Of a stretch of 64,000 bases of DNA, positions 10,181 to 21,091 are shown in pieces. Position 1 is the first letter of the stretch. Each line of letters begins with the position of its first letter. The notes beneath the pieces were generated by a model. It was not told the origin of the DNA. It saw only the letters and a program-made list of their open reading frames with translations, and ran no database searches. Position numbers and translations under genes: made by a program. The stretch is from Pavona decussata (taxonomy: Eukaryota): contig CDRNST010000038.1 of assembly GCA_977016875.1 (NCBI GenBank), forward strand, positions 3,100,001 through 3,164,000, written 5' to 3'.

Positions 10181-10844
10181 CTGGTAGTGGTTCCTCCGTT
10201 TTATGGATTTTTTTGTCTACGTAAATCACAGGATAGGAATGTGTTGTTGGTAATATCCTTGTTCGTAACTGTTGAATATTTGGCGTACGGGGATGTAAAT
10301 CCAACACAAGGTAGCCAAATGGGTGTGACGTCGCATCTTGGAAGCTTTCCCATACGTAAGGTACATTTCCTGCGAATGCTTGCTGAGCCAACGTCCGAAA
10401 TCCCAAAGTATCGCGAGGGTTGTTAAAAGCAATGATGTAGTGAGCATTCAAAGAGATACTCCGAGAAAACTTTCCAGGTGGAAAAAGGTTCTGGGTCAAA
10501 TAGATACAGGTTACATCACAGTAATGAGACACCTTAGTAAACAGATCGAGAATCCGTTCGTCATCGCTGCAATTTCGCATTAGGTCATCCAATACGAGTA
10601 TTCCTGGTCGGCAGTTTGCTGGAAATAAACTAGGAATATCTTCGGGAATACCCTCTACAAATGTCACTTGAGCTGTCATGTTCCTAAAACATTCCTGCCA
10701 TTGTCCATAGCAATATACAATTTTACGAATAGGCCGTTCAAATAAAGAATCCGCTTGTTCAAGTAACTGTTCTGTACCCGTCGTCTTTCCACACTGACTT
10801 GGCCCTGCTATCATAATACTGCTTGGACATTTGAATTGGGACAT
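10167..10844 (-). CDS. FtsK/A32-like genome-packaging ATPase
   Basis: Walker A GPSQCGKTT, Walker B ILVLDD, IYLTQNLF, SRSISLNAHY, FGYLVLDL; likely start MSQFKCP. Confidence 0.93.
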   Translation of the reverse strand: MSQFKCPSSIMIAGPSQCGKTTGTEQLLEQADSLFERPIRKIVYCYGQWQECFRNMTAQVTFVEGIPEDIPSLFPANCRPGILVLDDLMRNCSDDERILDLFTKVSHYCDVTCIYLTQNLFPPGKFSRSISLNAHYIIAFNNPRDTLGFRTLAQQAFAGNVPYVWESFQDATSHPFGYLVLDLHPRTPNIQQLRTRILPTTHSYPVIYVDKKIHKTEEPLPVDFS

Positions 10845-10955
10845 CTTATTGCAATGAAAGGCAGCAACGGTATGATAACTTGTTGATCGATGTTCCTTTT
10901 TAAAGTGATATATCAAAGACACGCACACATCATTCATTTTAACATCAACAAAACT

Positions 10956-11492
10956 TTATTGATTACGCCAACATTTGAAAGATTTACAAGCTTGCTCCTC
11001 AAATTTTGAGACGTTTTCATTCCTAACGCTAGTTAACGACTGAATGTAGGTGTGTACAAATTGTGCTACTTGTGAATCGTTCCATTGTGAATCGTATCGC
11101 AGACATTTATTTTGAATAGTGGTTAAATCTATATTGCGTGCTCGATGAAGTAAGTAAAACAGGCAATAGTCTCCACACACATCTGAGGTTAAGCCTTGCA
11201 TCGGTTTGTCATTGTAATATGTTGTTTCACTCAGTACGTATCCATCCATACCATAGCTCTCAGGAGGAAATCCATAGCTGTCAAAGAATTCGCTTTCTTG
11301 AGGCGATACAAAGTACATCGCAATCCAATACTTTCTAGGTTGATCATGAGGATCTGTATTTGCAATCATTGCTGAAGGATACGTATCAACGATTGGTAAC
11401 TTGTCACTTGGAAATACTCCTTTCATGGCAGGTGCTAGGACAGGATCGTGCATTGACGCTTGCCATAATTCTTGAGTGGTATGCATGTTCAA
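10956..11492 (-). CDS. Adenain-like maturation cysteine protease (catalytic His apparently replaced by Tyr)
   Basis: GVFPSDKLP, IANTD...(H>Y)WIA, EFFDSYG, Q...SDVCGDYC. Confidence 0.9.
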   Translation of the reverse strand: MNMHTTQELWQASMHDPVLAPAMKGVFPSDKLPIVDTYPSAMIANTDPHDQPRKYWIAMYFVSPQESEFFDSYGFPPESYGMDGYVLSETTYYNDKPMQGLTSDVCGDYCLFYLLHRARNIDLTTIQNKCLRYDSQWNDSQVAQFVHTYIQSLTSVRNENVSKFEEQACKSFKCWRNQ

Positions 11493-12457
11493 GCACCTTG
11501 AGACAGATCGTATACCACGCGTCTATTGCGGTCAATCTCCAAATGATTTTGGAATTCTGCGTATACGATTAAATTCAAAACTTCTGGTGTTGGGGTTCCA
11601 AATTTCAGATACAAATTGACGTTACCGCTGCGATGAGGTATCAGGTGATCTGGGTGGCCACTACCCGCAGGAGTGGTATCCAAGCGGAATAAGCCGTATC
11701 CACCTTCCCAATCTTCTCTGTCAATATCAATACCATGACCACAGTTCATTTCACCACTGCCTGAGAAGAGTGTATTGTACCCATCGATTCTCTTTCCACC
11801 TGTCAAATCTATCAGTGAATAAGGGATTTCTTCACCATTGACCGTCAGTCGTACTGCATTCACGTCAAACAGCTGAAAATTGAAAGGATTTCTTGCCAAG
11901 TTACCATTGTAGGCATCATTTCGTACCATTCCAAATATGATGCATTGAGGAATAAGTCCGTTGAAGAGATCCGTCTCGGTATGATTCAGCACACCCCTGG
12001 GGATGATTCTCGCGTGTGTTGGGGTACTTGTCAGCGTGTAGATAGCAGGTAGGGCTTTTTGTCCTGACCGTCCTTGCATGATACTAACATGCTCTAGTTT
12101 GGTACTGTCAGCTACGCGTACTGTGCGGACTCTGAGAGTACTTGACATTATCTTTATCTTGCAATCATTCGCCTCTTCTCCACTCATGAGAACAAATTCA
12201 TCGCTGTTTAGATCAATCTTGATTTTGATTTCTATGTTGTCCAGCAGCAGCTTATTGGTGTTGAACAGATCACAAAGGGGTACACCAACCAGCCCTACTT
12301 CAGCACTAGCATTGGTAAATGCGCCCCTCTTCTTGAGCCCCCAGTTATTGTCAGAAGTGTTGTCTACTACATCCATATGTCCTGCTGTGTCTTTGTAGTA
12401 CAATGCTTTGGTTAGGTAAGATTTCTTTGCCTGTTCAGTAAAATTAAGCAAGGTCTT
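11489..12457 (-). pseudogene. Major capsid protein (hexon, double jelly-roll), N-terminally deleted
   Basis: TLLNF...AKKSYL...YYKDTAG; DLFNTNKLLLDNIEIKIK; AYNGNLARNPFNFQ; GYGLFRLD; GNVNLYLKF; IVYAEFQNHLEIDRNR. No start codon; abuts the upstream ORF. Confidence 0.88.
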
Positions 12458-12681
12458 GGTAAACGTTTTCCTACTTTCTTGGCAGCTGTCTTGAGAAAGG
12501 GCGTGGCTGTACGGAAGAGGGAACGAAACATTCCTCCTAATCCATTACCTCCTTGACCATAAGGATGTGTTCCTCCAAAGACACTTATGTCCCCTTTCCC
12601 TCGTTGAAAAAAGGGGATGACTTGTTGTTGGTAACGGTAAAATTGATGATTCATAGGTAGAAACATCTTAGAGAATTGCAC
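12458..12681 (-). pseudogene. Protein X-like membrane-active virion protein, C-terminally truncated
   Basis: QRGKG...QGGNGLGGMFRSLFRTATPFLKTAAKKVGK: cleavage-like Gly motif followed by an amphipathic helix, as typical just upstream of the hexon in Polintons. Confidence 0.7.
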
Positions 12682-13549
12682 GACGCCGAAAATGAAGTGT
12701 TACTCGCACAGTGCCAGAGGCAAATGGTACCAGATGGCCAGTGTCACTTCTTATATTGATCTCCACGGAGGAAAATACAGATGTACGGAGTCGATGGTAA
12801 GTGGGCGTTCTTATTTCCTCTGCCACCATCTCCCCAGGTTGACCACGAGGTAATATGGTTCGAAGTATATTCGCTTGTACATCCCCCACTACAAGGGATT
12901 CTATTAGGTCAGAGTAGATGTACATAGTCTGAAATGAACGTCTGCTTAACATACCCCACACCAATTCATCGTCTCGCCGCACAGTGGTGGTAGTAGCGGT
13001 AAGTGTCACACTCTGATTTTTATTCAGTTGGACAACGGTGGGAAGACTGATCTGATAAAGAGCCGGCACCCGATCATGATGGTTCAAGTAGCCTAAAGCC
13101 CGAGCTAGATTCTTGGGCAACGTTACTTGAAATGTTGGAGGTAACTTGAATTCGTAGTAGTGTTGAGCTTTGGAGTAAATGTAGAAACAGTCACTTCCAC
13201 CGATGCGCTTGATCCTTTTTCCACTTTTCAGATAAATATCTGGAAATGCACTCTGGAGTCCTGTCACCATACCATTGACCAAGTCATCAACCGTTCGATA
13301 AATGCCACTTGGTAGATAGATGGGTAGGGTCCATGGCGAATCGCTGTTACAGCTTAACAGGTAAGACAGTTGCTGACTTTGCACATTTTCCCAAGTATGT
13401 GGGTAAATGATATGTGTCATTGCCACTTCCCAGTCTTCACTTAAGTGCTGTTGATTTAGAAGTTGCATCTTAAACTTGGCAGGTTTGTTTTCAGGGTACT
13501 GAGCTGTGCTTGCGTCACTGGTTACAACAATGTAAAAACTGTTACTCAT
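12668..13549 (-). CDS. Minor capsid protein (penton) paralogue 2
   Basis: FYIVVTSDAS...YPENKPAKFK...WEVAMTHIIYP; MYIYSDLIE...VGD....LRTI; Y..L....FSSVEINI...G..VPF..G...VTLHFRR. Confidence 0.88.
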   Translation of the reverse strand: MSNSFYIVVTSDASTAQYPENKPAKFKMQLLNQQHLSEDWEVAMTHIIYPHTWENVQSQQLSYLLSCNSDSPWTLPIYLPSGIYRTVDDLVNGMVTGLQSAFPDIYLKSGKRIKRIGGSDCFYIYSKAQHYYEFKLPPTFQVTLPKNLARALGYLNHHDRVPALYQISLPTVVQLNKNQSVTLTATTTTVRRDDELVWGMLSRRSFQTMYIYSDLIESLVVGDVQANILRTILPRGQPGEMVAEEIRTPTYHRLRTSVFSSVEINIRSDTGHLVPFASGTVRVTLHFRRRAIL

Positions 13550-14400
13550 CTTGTACGCCGTCTAAAGTGAAGTGTCACGTTTAAGATACCACCTTGGAAT
13601 GAAAGCAGCTTTCCACAACCACTTGTTAAGTAGATTTCAACGGTCTGAAATGTTTTGGTTCGTAAAGGAAAATAACTGATGTGCCTCGGTTCTTCCATTA
13701 ACGTGTCGCGAAATCTACCGTGTGGTACCATTTCATATAGCAAATGCAACTGTTTTTCACCCACTTGATGTGGCTCTATGAGATTGGTTTGCACTTGCAC
13801 TACTCTGTGTGTGCAGTGACATAAAGAAACGGTGAAAGGAATTAAGAATGTCCCGGGAAATGTGAATGAGTAACGAAGCGGTAACGCACACCATTCATAA
13901 CCATAAGTAGGAATCTGTCCAAGGGTAGAATAGATCTTCAATGCAAACATGGTGCTTTCTCGGACTTTGTTTTCTTGGGTTATCCAGCCAAGAGCTTGAG
14001 CCACAGGCTTGGCCACGAACATCCATTCGTCTTGAGTTGTAAAGGTAATGTTCCATTCATCGTCCACAGCAATGTGAAGACTTTGCGGTTGCACACATTG
14101 CAGCATGCCTTCTGCCACGTCCAGTGCTGAACGATATCGTCCCACAGGTAGAGTTATCCGCTTTACTTCTTGGGTACCAGATCGTCGGAGCATGAAGTGT
14201 GGATGATTGCATTCATGGGGAACTTCAAACCACGAGAATGGGTAGATTACATTATGAAGTCCAACCTCCCAATCCTCTTCATCTTTTAAATGGATTTGCT
14301 TAGGTAACGCTACACGAAAGTGTGATGTTGAATTGGTTGGAAACAAGTTCGTATTCGCATTGCTTGGAAGCATCACGTAAAAATCATCATCCCGAATCAT
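13546..14400 (-). CDS. Minor capsid protein (penton) paralogue 1
   Basis: FYVMLPSNAN...FPTNSTSHFRVALP...WEVGLHNVIYP; NLIEPHQVGE; YFPLR...FQTVEIYL...VTLHFRR. Confidence 0.88.
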   Translation of the reverse strand: MIRDDDFYVMLPSNANTNLFPTNSTSHFRVALPKQIHLKDEEDWEVGLHNVIYPFSWFEVPHECNHPHFMLRRSGTQEVKRITLPVGRYRSALDVAEGMLQCVQPQSLHIAVDDEWNITFTTQDEWMFVAKPVAQALGWITQENKVRESTMFALKIYSTLGQIPTYGYEWCALPLRYSFTFPGTFLIPFTVSLCHCTHRVVQVQTNLIEPHQVGEKQLHLLYEMVPHGRFRDTLMEEPRHISYFPLRTKTFQTVEIYLTSGCGKLLSFQGGILNVTLHFRRRTR

Positions 14401-15520
14401 CTTTGCTGCAAGGAAACCAACTGTTTATATGGAATCCAACTATCGTATTTCTTTGGCCAACCTTTCCAATGCACCAACACTTCTTTGTTGGCACCTTTTC
14501 CTCGATGTTTCAAAATTTTTTCAATTCGAAACAGATGATCTGAACTTTCGGACACTTTCTGTAACTCAGCCTCGTAAAATGTTCCTCTAATCAGTTCACC
14601 GTCTGCCTCCTTCAAACGATACACGGGTGGGTTTCGTGGAAGTCTCTGTGTCACCGTAAAGGATTCCTCTGTCCACGACGGTAAGTATCCTTTCTCAAAG
14701 ACTTGTTTGTACTTACTGATCTTGACTTGGTCGCCCACCTTGAATTTATACTTTATGGTCGAGGTCTGTTTACCATACAAGGTTCTCCATACGTCTTGAG
14801 CATTAAAAACTGTCACATCTGCGGGTTTCATTTTTATACTACGATGTATGCTCTGATTGTAGTTGTCATTGACCAACTTGGCTAACTTGTCCAGGTAATG
14901 ATACGAGCTGCTCATAGTAAATAATCGCCATAGAAGATGTTTCAAGGTTCTGTTGAATCGTTCAACTACTTGCGCCTTTGTCTCGTTGTATGTGACAAAA
15001 TGACGAACATCATGATTCTTGAGAAATGTTTGAAAGCTACGGTTCATGAATTCCGTCGCTGCATCTGTCTGCAACCTTTCCGGTTTACGTCCTTAAATAT
15101 GTTTCTAAAGGCCGCTACCAAAGCCGAGGCAGACTTAGATTTCAATGGAACCACCCACGCATACTTGGATAGGACATCAATGCAAGTCAACAAGTATTTA
15201 TGACCACTGTTCCAGCGACTCAAACTCTGAAGATCTGCCAGATCCGCTTGCCACTGTTCATCCAAACCGTTGACAAATACTCTATTGCGACGAAAGCGTT
15301 TTCGTGCTGGTTTGTGGAGAGTGTAGCCAGGTTGTTGCTGCAACCACTGAAGAACTTGTAAGCGGGTTAGTCCATACTGACGTGCGGCTCGATACAATTT
15401 TTGTACTCCCCCTAGGGCGGAAGGGCGATCAAATTCATAATACAGTTTCTCTAGTAAACGATTCGTGTGATCGTTGGTATTCGTCTTCCTCGTTTCCCTC
15501 TTCGTATTCTTCTGTGGCAT
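14397..15520 (-). pseudogene. Retroviral-type integrase with C-terminal chromodomain (frameshift near 15090)
   Basis: DDE residues in WQADLAD, LQTD, VVERFNRTLK; FKVGDQVKIS; chromodomain FRIEKIL...VLVHWKGWPKKYDSWIP. Split over ORFs 15044..15520 and 14397..15074. Confidence 0.93.
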
Positions 15521-15644
15521 CTCTTACATCGATGTGTACTTGACTACCGCAACATGCAACTAAACATCGCATCCTCTGACATATATCATTTAAAACCAGG
15601 GTAGGAGTTGAACTTGCACAAAGACGACTTGTAGCACTGCCCAT
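15435..15644 (-). CDS. Candidate myristoylated microprotein (69 aa)
   Basis: MGSATSRLC (MGxxxS), CLVACC, acidic tail EEYEEGNEEDEY. Confidence 0.45.
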   Translation of the reverse strand: MGSATSRLCASSTPTLVLNDICQRMRCLVACCGSQVHIDVRDATEEYEEGNEEDEYQRSHESFTRETVL

Positions 15645-15985
15645 GGCTGTCTTACGAATGACCAATGTAACTTGTTCCGTCCGCCTTTTATCCTTTTCCA
15701 TAACATTAACCAAGGAGTCTTTATTAGTTGGCGAATCATCCACCAGGGAGTAGGATTATGTGATGGATACATATCACATAACATTAGGTGAAATGCATAT
15801 TGTTCTCTCAGAGGTGCGTTGCTTCGAGCCATATAAGCATAAAAGCTCATCAGCCTACCCCAGTGCATGGCTCCTATTTCTTTCAAAACATCCAACCAAT
15901 GGTGAGAGGAAACGATTGGCAAAGAGGTAGGTTGTACAAGTGTTTGAGCGCAACCACGCACCAGGAAAAAATACAGTCTGTTCAT
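15590..15985 (-). CDS. Small hydrophobic protein with Bcl-2 BH1-like motif
   Basis: VLKEIGAMHWGRLMSFYAY resembles BH1 (NWGRIVAFFxF); GGCTATAAAGG TATA about 50 bp upstream of MNRLYFF; hydrophobic C-terminus. Confidence 0.5.
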   Translation of the reverse strand: MNRLYFFLVRGCAQTLVQPTSLPIVSSHHWLDVLKEIGAMHWGRLMSFYAYMARSNAPLREQYAFHLMLCDMYPSHNPTPWWMIRQLIKTPWLMLWKRIKGGRNKLHWSFVRQPWAVLQVVFVQVQLLPWF

Positions 15986-16074
15986 ATTGACAGCTGAATG
16001 TGTAATGAGTGGTAGATGGCCTCCAAACCTCCCTTTATAGCCATCCCTATCCTCCACAATGAGGTCTTCGCTCT

Positions 16075-19000
16075 TCAGCGGTAACCATATGGGAATGTAT
16101 TGAAACCTTGTACAACCCTTTTGTCATACACCACGTTATATTTCTTCGTCAACTTGCTTGTATGAATCGTCTTTGTTTTCGCATTACGTTTGATGAAATG
16201 AGGGTTCTCCAGATAGATTGATTCTCCATTTGGATTACAGACTTGACCACACATGGTTTCAAAGTTGAGCTTCTGTGATCCACGAAAATTGAGGGTGAAT
16301 CCTCTGACCTTACAGACTGTTTTCCCATTCTCAGTTTGATATGTGTAGTTTTTAGGTCCTCCAGCCGCAAACGTGGTGATGTAGTCACCATCATCAAGTT
16401 CGTTCGTCAGTTCTCCCAGGTAGTCACCTAAGGGTGGTATCCATTCATCAGGCTGGCTTGTAAATATCACAGAGTCGGTGTCAAAGTACAGCACCCGTCC
16501 CTGAAGACGTTCAAGCACCGAGTAGAGAGCTTCAGCCTGGCATGGGCTGTCGTGAAAGCAGCGATTACGACATTGGTCTTATCAGACATGGGAACAAATC
16601 CATCCCCTTGAGTGTAATACACTTCTACACATTCGTCGTTGACGAATTGAATGTTTTTGACTTGCGTCGACTCACAGGTGAGAAGCCGGAAGTAACGTTC
16701 TGGGTCCTTCACAAGCTCCACCCTAGGCATATTGTCGCGTTGGCCAAATTTTCCCCAGAAGGAATTCAACATTAACTTGGCGAGTGAACGCAGTCCAGGG
16801 TTTTTCTTAATCTTTCCATGGTCCAACTTGATCCCTTCTTTTTGATCATACTCTCTGATGTACTGACTCTTTTGAGCTTCTGTCTGACACCAGGAGGGCC
16901 ATCCGCTCGCCTCTAGTTTGATTTTGAGGAAGGTATCGATGTACCCTGTAAAGAGCTCGGACGATTTCTGAGGGAAATGCCACACCTCAATCATTCGAAC
17001 CACACGGTATCCCAGCTCCAACGCTTTATCAATCTCAATGGAACACCAGGTTCCGGACAGCATACGTTCTTCATCTGTATGTTCACAGGGTGTCTGTTGT
17101 AGGCTCTCAGCACATGTTCTGCAGAGAGGGAACATCAGTTTTCCATTGGCACGGTAGGGTAACACTGGATGGAACAGGAAGGAGGGTGGGAGAATCTCAC
17201 ACTTAATCATACCAAAAAACTCGGTGGAAGAACGGTCGACGAGAGCTTCGCTTGTGAGAATTTCTGGATGACCAGTCGGGACTTCACAATATTTGTTTGT
17301 CCAAGGATACAATGAGGTGAAGTCAACATAATGGATCTTCTCATCCTCAGAAATTTCTCTGTGAAGACAAACCGCATTTGTACGACCCCCGAAAAAACCG
17401 TCGCGGGGTTCTAATGGTGTGTCGAATTTAAGGGTGTCGATGAAGGCTTTCATCTCTAGGTTGGTGGCTAGTTCTTGCTTGAAATCACATTCCCATTTGA
17501 CTTCTACTCGGAATCCAAGCTTCTTGAAACGCTCAACTTTGCGAATGGTACCTTCCAAGAGATCTTCCATGCTTGTGTCATTCACTGGATTCATGGTATT
17601 ATGTAGATAGCATCGGGAACAACCATGCCACAGGCACCCCATGAATTCGTAGATGGTCCTCTTCTCAGGATTATAGCCATCCACGTAGTTACCATCGATT
17701 CGTTGCTCTCCCCCATTCAAAGCGTGTAGAATACGGTCTCCTGTCTGGTGATGAACCCACGCTAACCGCTGGAGGGCCAAGACAGAATATTTTCGGGCGG
17801 GTTGGTACCCTTGTGCAGGAATGAGACCAATAGTGTTTTCTTTTAAGAAATTTTGTCGGAACACACGGTTACAGGCACTTGCAATGGTAACACAGTACTT
17901 GAAAGGGTCGAGATTGCAGGTTTCTTCCATCAACTGTTTAAACTGCAGGCAGCACCGTCTGAGAATGTCTACATCGCTGCGACAATATTCCTCGATTTCC
18001 TTTTCAAAATCAAAGACATGCTCTGCATTTGTCAATTCTTCATACCACCTGAGGAATTCTTGACGTTCTTTCGTACTCATGCCATCTGGATCGTAATTTT
18101 CAACAGGGGGAAGAGGACCAACATACTGCTGATTTTCTTTTCTGTTAAAGAAATGAGGGAAGTAACCTTTCTTGAGTTCCGTCAGACCAAAGGTTTTGGG
18201 CAAGGCTTTCAGTGGCATTGGGAGGAAGTTTAAAGAATCGCGGAACTTGATGTTGGCTTGTTCGAGTTCCATAGACATGATTTTGGCACCGTTCAGGATT
18301 AGGCTTGGTAATAGACACTCTTTGTAGAAGTATTCACAGAGGAGAAACCCGTCATAACCCCTGAGGTTGTGGGCGGTGACGATGGCACCTTCATGAGTTC
18401 CATCTAACAGCCTCGTGCCAAACTGGTCCACGCAGTCACCCCCCTTGAACACCATTTCAAACCCCGTTTCATCTTGTACAATTAATAAATTTGCAATGTG
18501 CCGTCCATCGTCTTGTCTGCTCTCGATATCGAAGAACAAATATTCCTGCCCTTCTTGTTCATCATCTTCCTCTACGTCATCGTCAATCAACTCTTCTGTA
18601 ACACGTCTTCTTTTATGTCTGTTTTCCTTCTGCTTTCCTTGCTCTTGCTGGTCTTCTGGATCTTCTTGGTCGTCATCTTGTTGAAACACGATAGGCTTCA
18701 TGTAGCATCGGTGCGTATTGGGGTCCACAAATTCCTCACAGTTCCAACACATTTTTTCCCCACACATGTGAGCTTTTGGACTTCTTTTCTTGTGCGACAT
18801 GACTTTGTTGCATTTTCGACATTTATAGAACTTTTGACAAACCGATTGTCCTTCTTTGTCTGGACGACAGTGGTTAGCGTAGCATTCGTCTCCGGCGAAC
18901 ATTCTGTGACACTCCCCACACTCTCGCCAAGGTACTTTCTGGATATACCCTTGACAACCTTCGGTGAAGCAGCACTTACATACTTTACTGCAACGATGTT

Positions 19001-21043
19001 CTTCTTTCTTGTTGTATCCTTTCTTACATTCCAAACACCAATAACCTCTACCCAAGAAAGCGGAGACGGATGTGATGACGTCATAATGATTTTGATAAAG
19101 ATATAAATAAATTTGTTTTTCTCTTTTGGGACCTTCATAGATAATAGTGTTAAAGTGTTCAGCGGAGAGGACGACGATTTGGTGTTCTGTAATTACTTGT
19201 TGGAACTTGGCCACCTCGGGGAGTCCGCAGAGACCCTCTGGAACTCCAGCCTTCCTATGCAGCTGTTGTGCGAGAAGTCGTTGTTGTTTGCATCCATGTC
19301 GAATAGAACCATATGCAGGGTCTTTTTCTTGCCGAGCCAACTCTGTCACCAAGGCACGGGCGAGACACAGAAAATCTTTATTCTTGATGCGAATGACGCA
19401 TCGCTTGCTGTCAAGGAACTTGGACAATTTGAATCCATAGTGTTTCCTCTTGCGCGAGGCCACTCCGCCTTGAGGCATACCCACATGAACTACATGTACT
19501 TGCATACCATCTTGAAGGTTGACCTGTTCGTTGGATTGTAAGACGCGTTGTACTTCGCCCAAAATTCTTTCTGCGTTCAATTCATGGCGTGGCATAAAGG
19601 GTAATGAAATGGGGTATTGCAGAGAACGACTCTGGAGTACAAAACGTACAAGATCAATGTCAGCCATACCTGACGTCATTTCGTCTACAAGGGAATCGAA
19701 AATGTTACCAAGCTGATCAAGTAACGGTTGTTCTCCGGATTGCGGATTTAAGGTAAGGAGATAGTCAGTAGCGGTGGTATTAAATTTCCGTACGTTTCGT
19801 GAGGCCACTTCACGCAGGGTATAGTGCTGTTCAGAGGACCACAGATTGTTCCCAGCCCCGACCTGCTCCTCCGCCAACAAACATTCTGCATCTTCCAACT
19901 GTGAACAAAAGAAATTTAACGGTAAGTTATATCAGAGAACTAAAATTGCACACTAATCAAAAGTGTTACTTGTAGAAAAATAAGACAGTAACGTTATGAC
20001 ATTATAATCGTAAGTGTTACTTGCAGAAAAATAAAACAGAAACGTCATGGCATGCTAACTAAAAGTGTTACTTGCAGAAAAATAGAGCAGTAACGTCATG
20101 GCATGTTAATCAAAAGTGTTACTTGCAGAAAAATAGGGCAGTAACGTCATGGCACACCAATCAGAAATGTTACTTGCAGAAAAATAAAGCAGTAACGTCA
20201 TGGCATACTAATCAGCAGTGTTACTTGCAGAAAAATAAAACAGTAACGTCATGGCATACTAATCAGAAGTGTTACTTGCAGAAAAATATAACAGTAACGT
20301 CATGGCATACAAGTCAGAAGTGTTACTTGCAGAAAAATAAAACAGTAACCTCATGGCATACTAATCAGCAGTGTTACTTGCAGAAAAATAAAGCAGTAAC
20401 GTCATGGCATACCAATCAGCAGTGTTACTTGCAGAAAAATAAAGCAGTAACGTCATGGCATACTAATCAGAAGTGTTACTTGCAGAAAAATAAAACAGTA
20501 ACCTCGTGGCATACTAATCAGCAGTGTTACTTGCATAAAAATAGAGCAGCAAGTACCTGTGTTAACGTTAAGGAAATGCGCTCACTTCATTTTCCAGGAA
20601 ATAATCATAGGAATCGAAAGCAAAAATCAGTTAATTATCTAAAAATGAGGTGTTGTCTATTCAAATAGTGGTGTTTGTCTAATCAATTCAAACAATAGTA
20701 CATTTCAATTTTGTTTGAAACGAATATTACAAAACGAATGAACATGCCAATAAAAATAACTCAGAACGATTAACGGCTGTTACGTTTGGCTTACCTCATC
20801 GTTTAAAAGGTATTCGTAATCCCACATTTCTTTTGCGTTTCCTATTTGCTGTTCCTCCCACCATTCCATACATTCCACGAGCTCACTGTCTGTTGCATCG
20901 TACTCAAAATGATTCGTTCCGTGTTGATTGCATTCTTCTTCTTCTTCTGGTGTCGAATGTTCCGAGGAGATCTCAGAATGGAATGATTCCATATCAGCTA
21001 AGGCTTCCATAACGTCAGCGTTGAACACTACTTTTCGCTTCAT
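16075..21043 (-). CDS. polB: Protein-primed B-family DNA polymerase; predicted exons 21043-20795 and 19898-16075; 2-bp frameshift near 16525
   Basis: Exonuclease FFDIES, AHNLRGYDG, YCRSDVDIL; polymerase FFGGRT, YVDFTSLYP, KLMLNSFWGKFGQ, YFDTDS, GPKNY, KVRGF; inserted endonuclease-like VDGY...EFMGCLWHGC; donor GAG|GTAAGC and acceptor TTCTTTTGTTCACAG|TTG both phase 0. Confidence 0.92.
19955..20553. repeat. 51-bp tandem array, ~12 copies
   Basis: Unit agtgttacttgcagaaaaataaa(g/a)cagtaacgtcatggcatactaatcag(c/a). Confidence 0.95.
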
Positions 21044-21084
21044 TTTCTTGAGGTGAAATGAAAATACTTGTACTTGCTCTGTAG

Positions 21085-21091
21085 TTTTATA
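21085..21091 (-). promoter_or_regulatory. TATA box for polB exon 1
   Basis: GGCTATAAAA on the minus strand ~42 bp upstream of ATG 21043; the same GGCTATAAA occurs at ~16034-16042. Confidence 0.6.

Noticed and set aside
16542-19716. Plus-strand and alternative-frame ORFs over polB (and similar shadows over pol, GPCR, YR)
   Set aside because: Antisense or shadow frames of real genes with no independent motifs.
20072-20668. 198-aa repeat protein on the plus strand
   Set aside because: TTG start, antisense to the other element genes; open mainly because the 51-bp unit is a stop-free multiple of 3.
20855-20890. LVECME as an Rb-binding LxCxE motif
   Set aside because: Spacing is LxxCxE/VxCxE, not the consensus.
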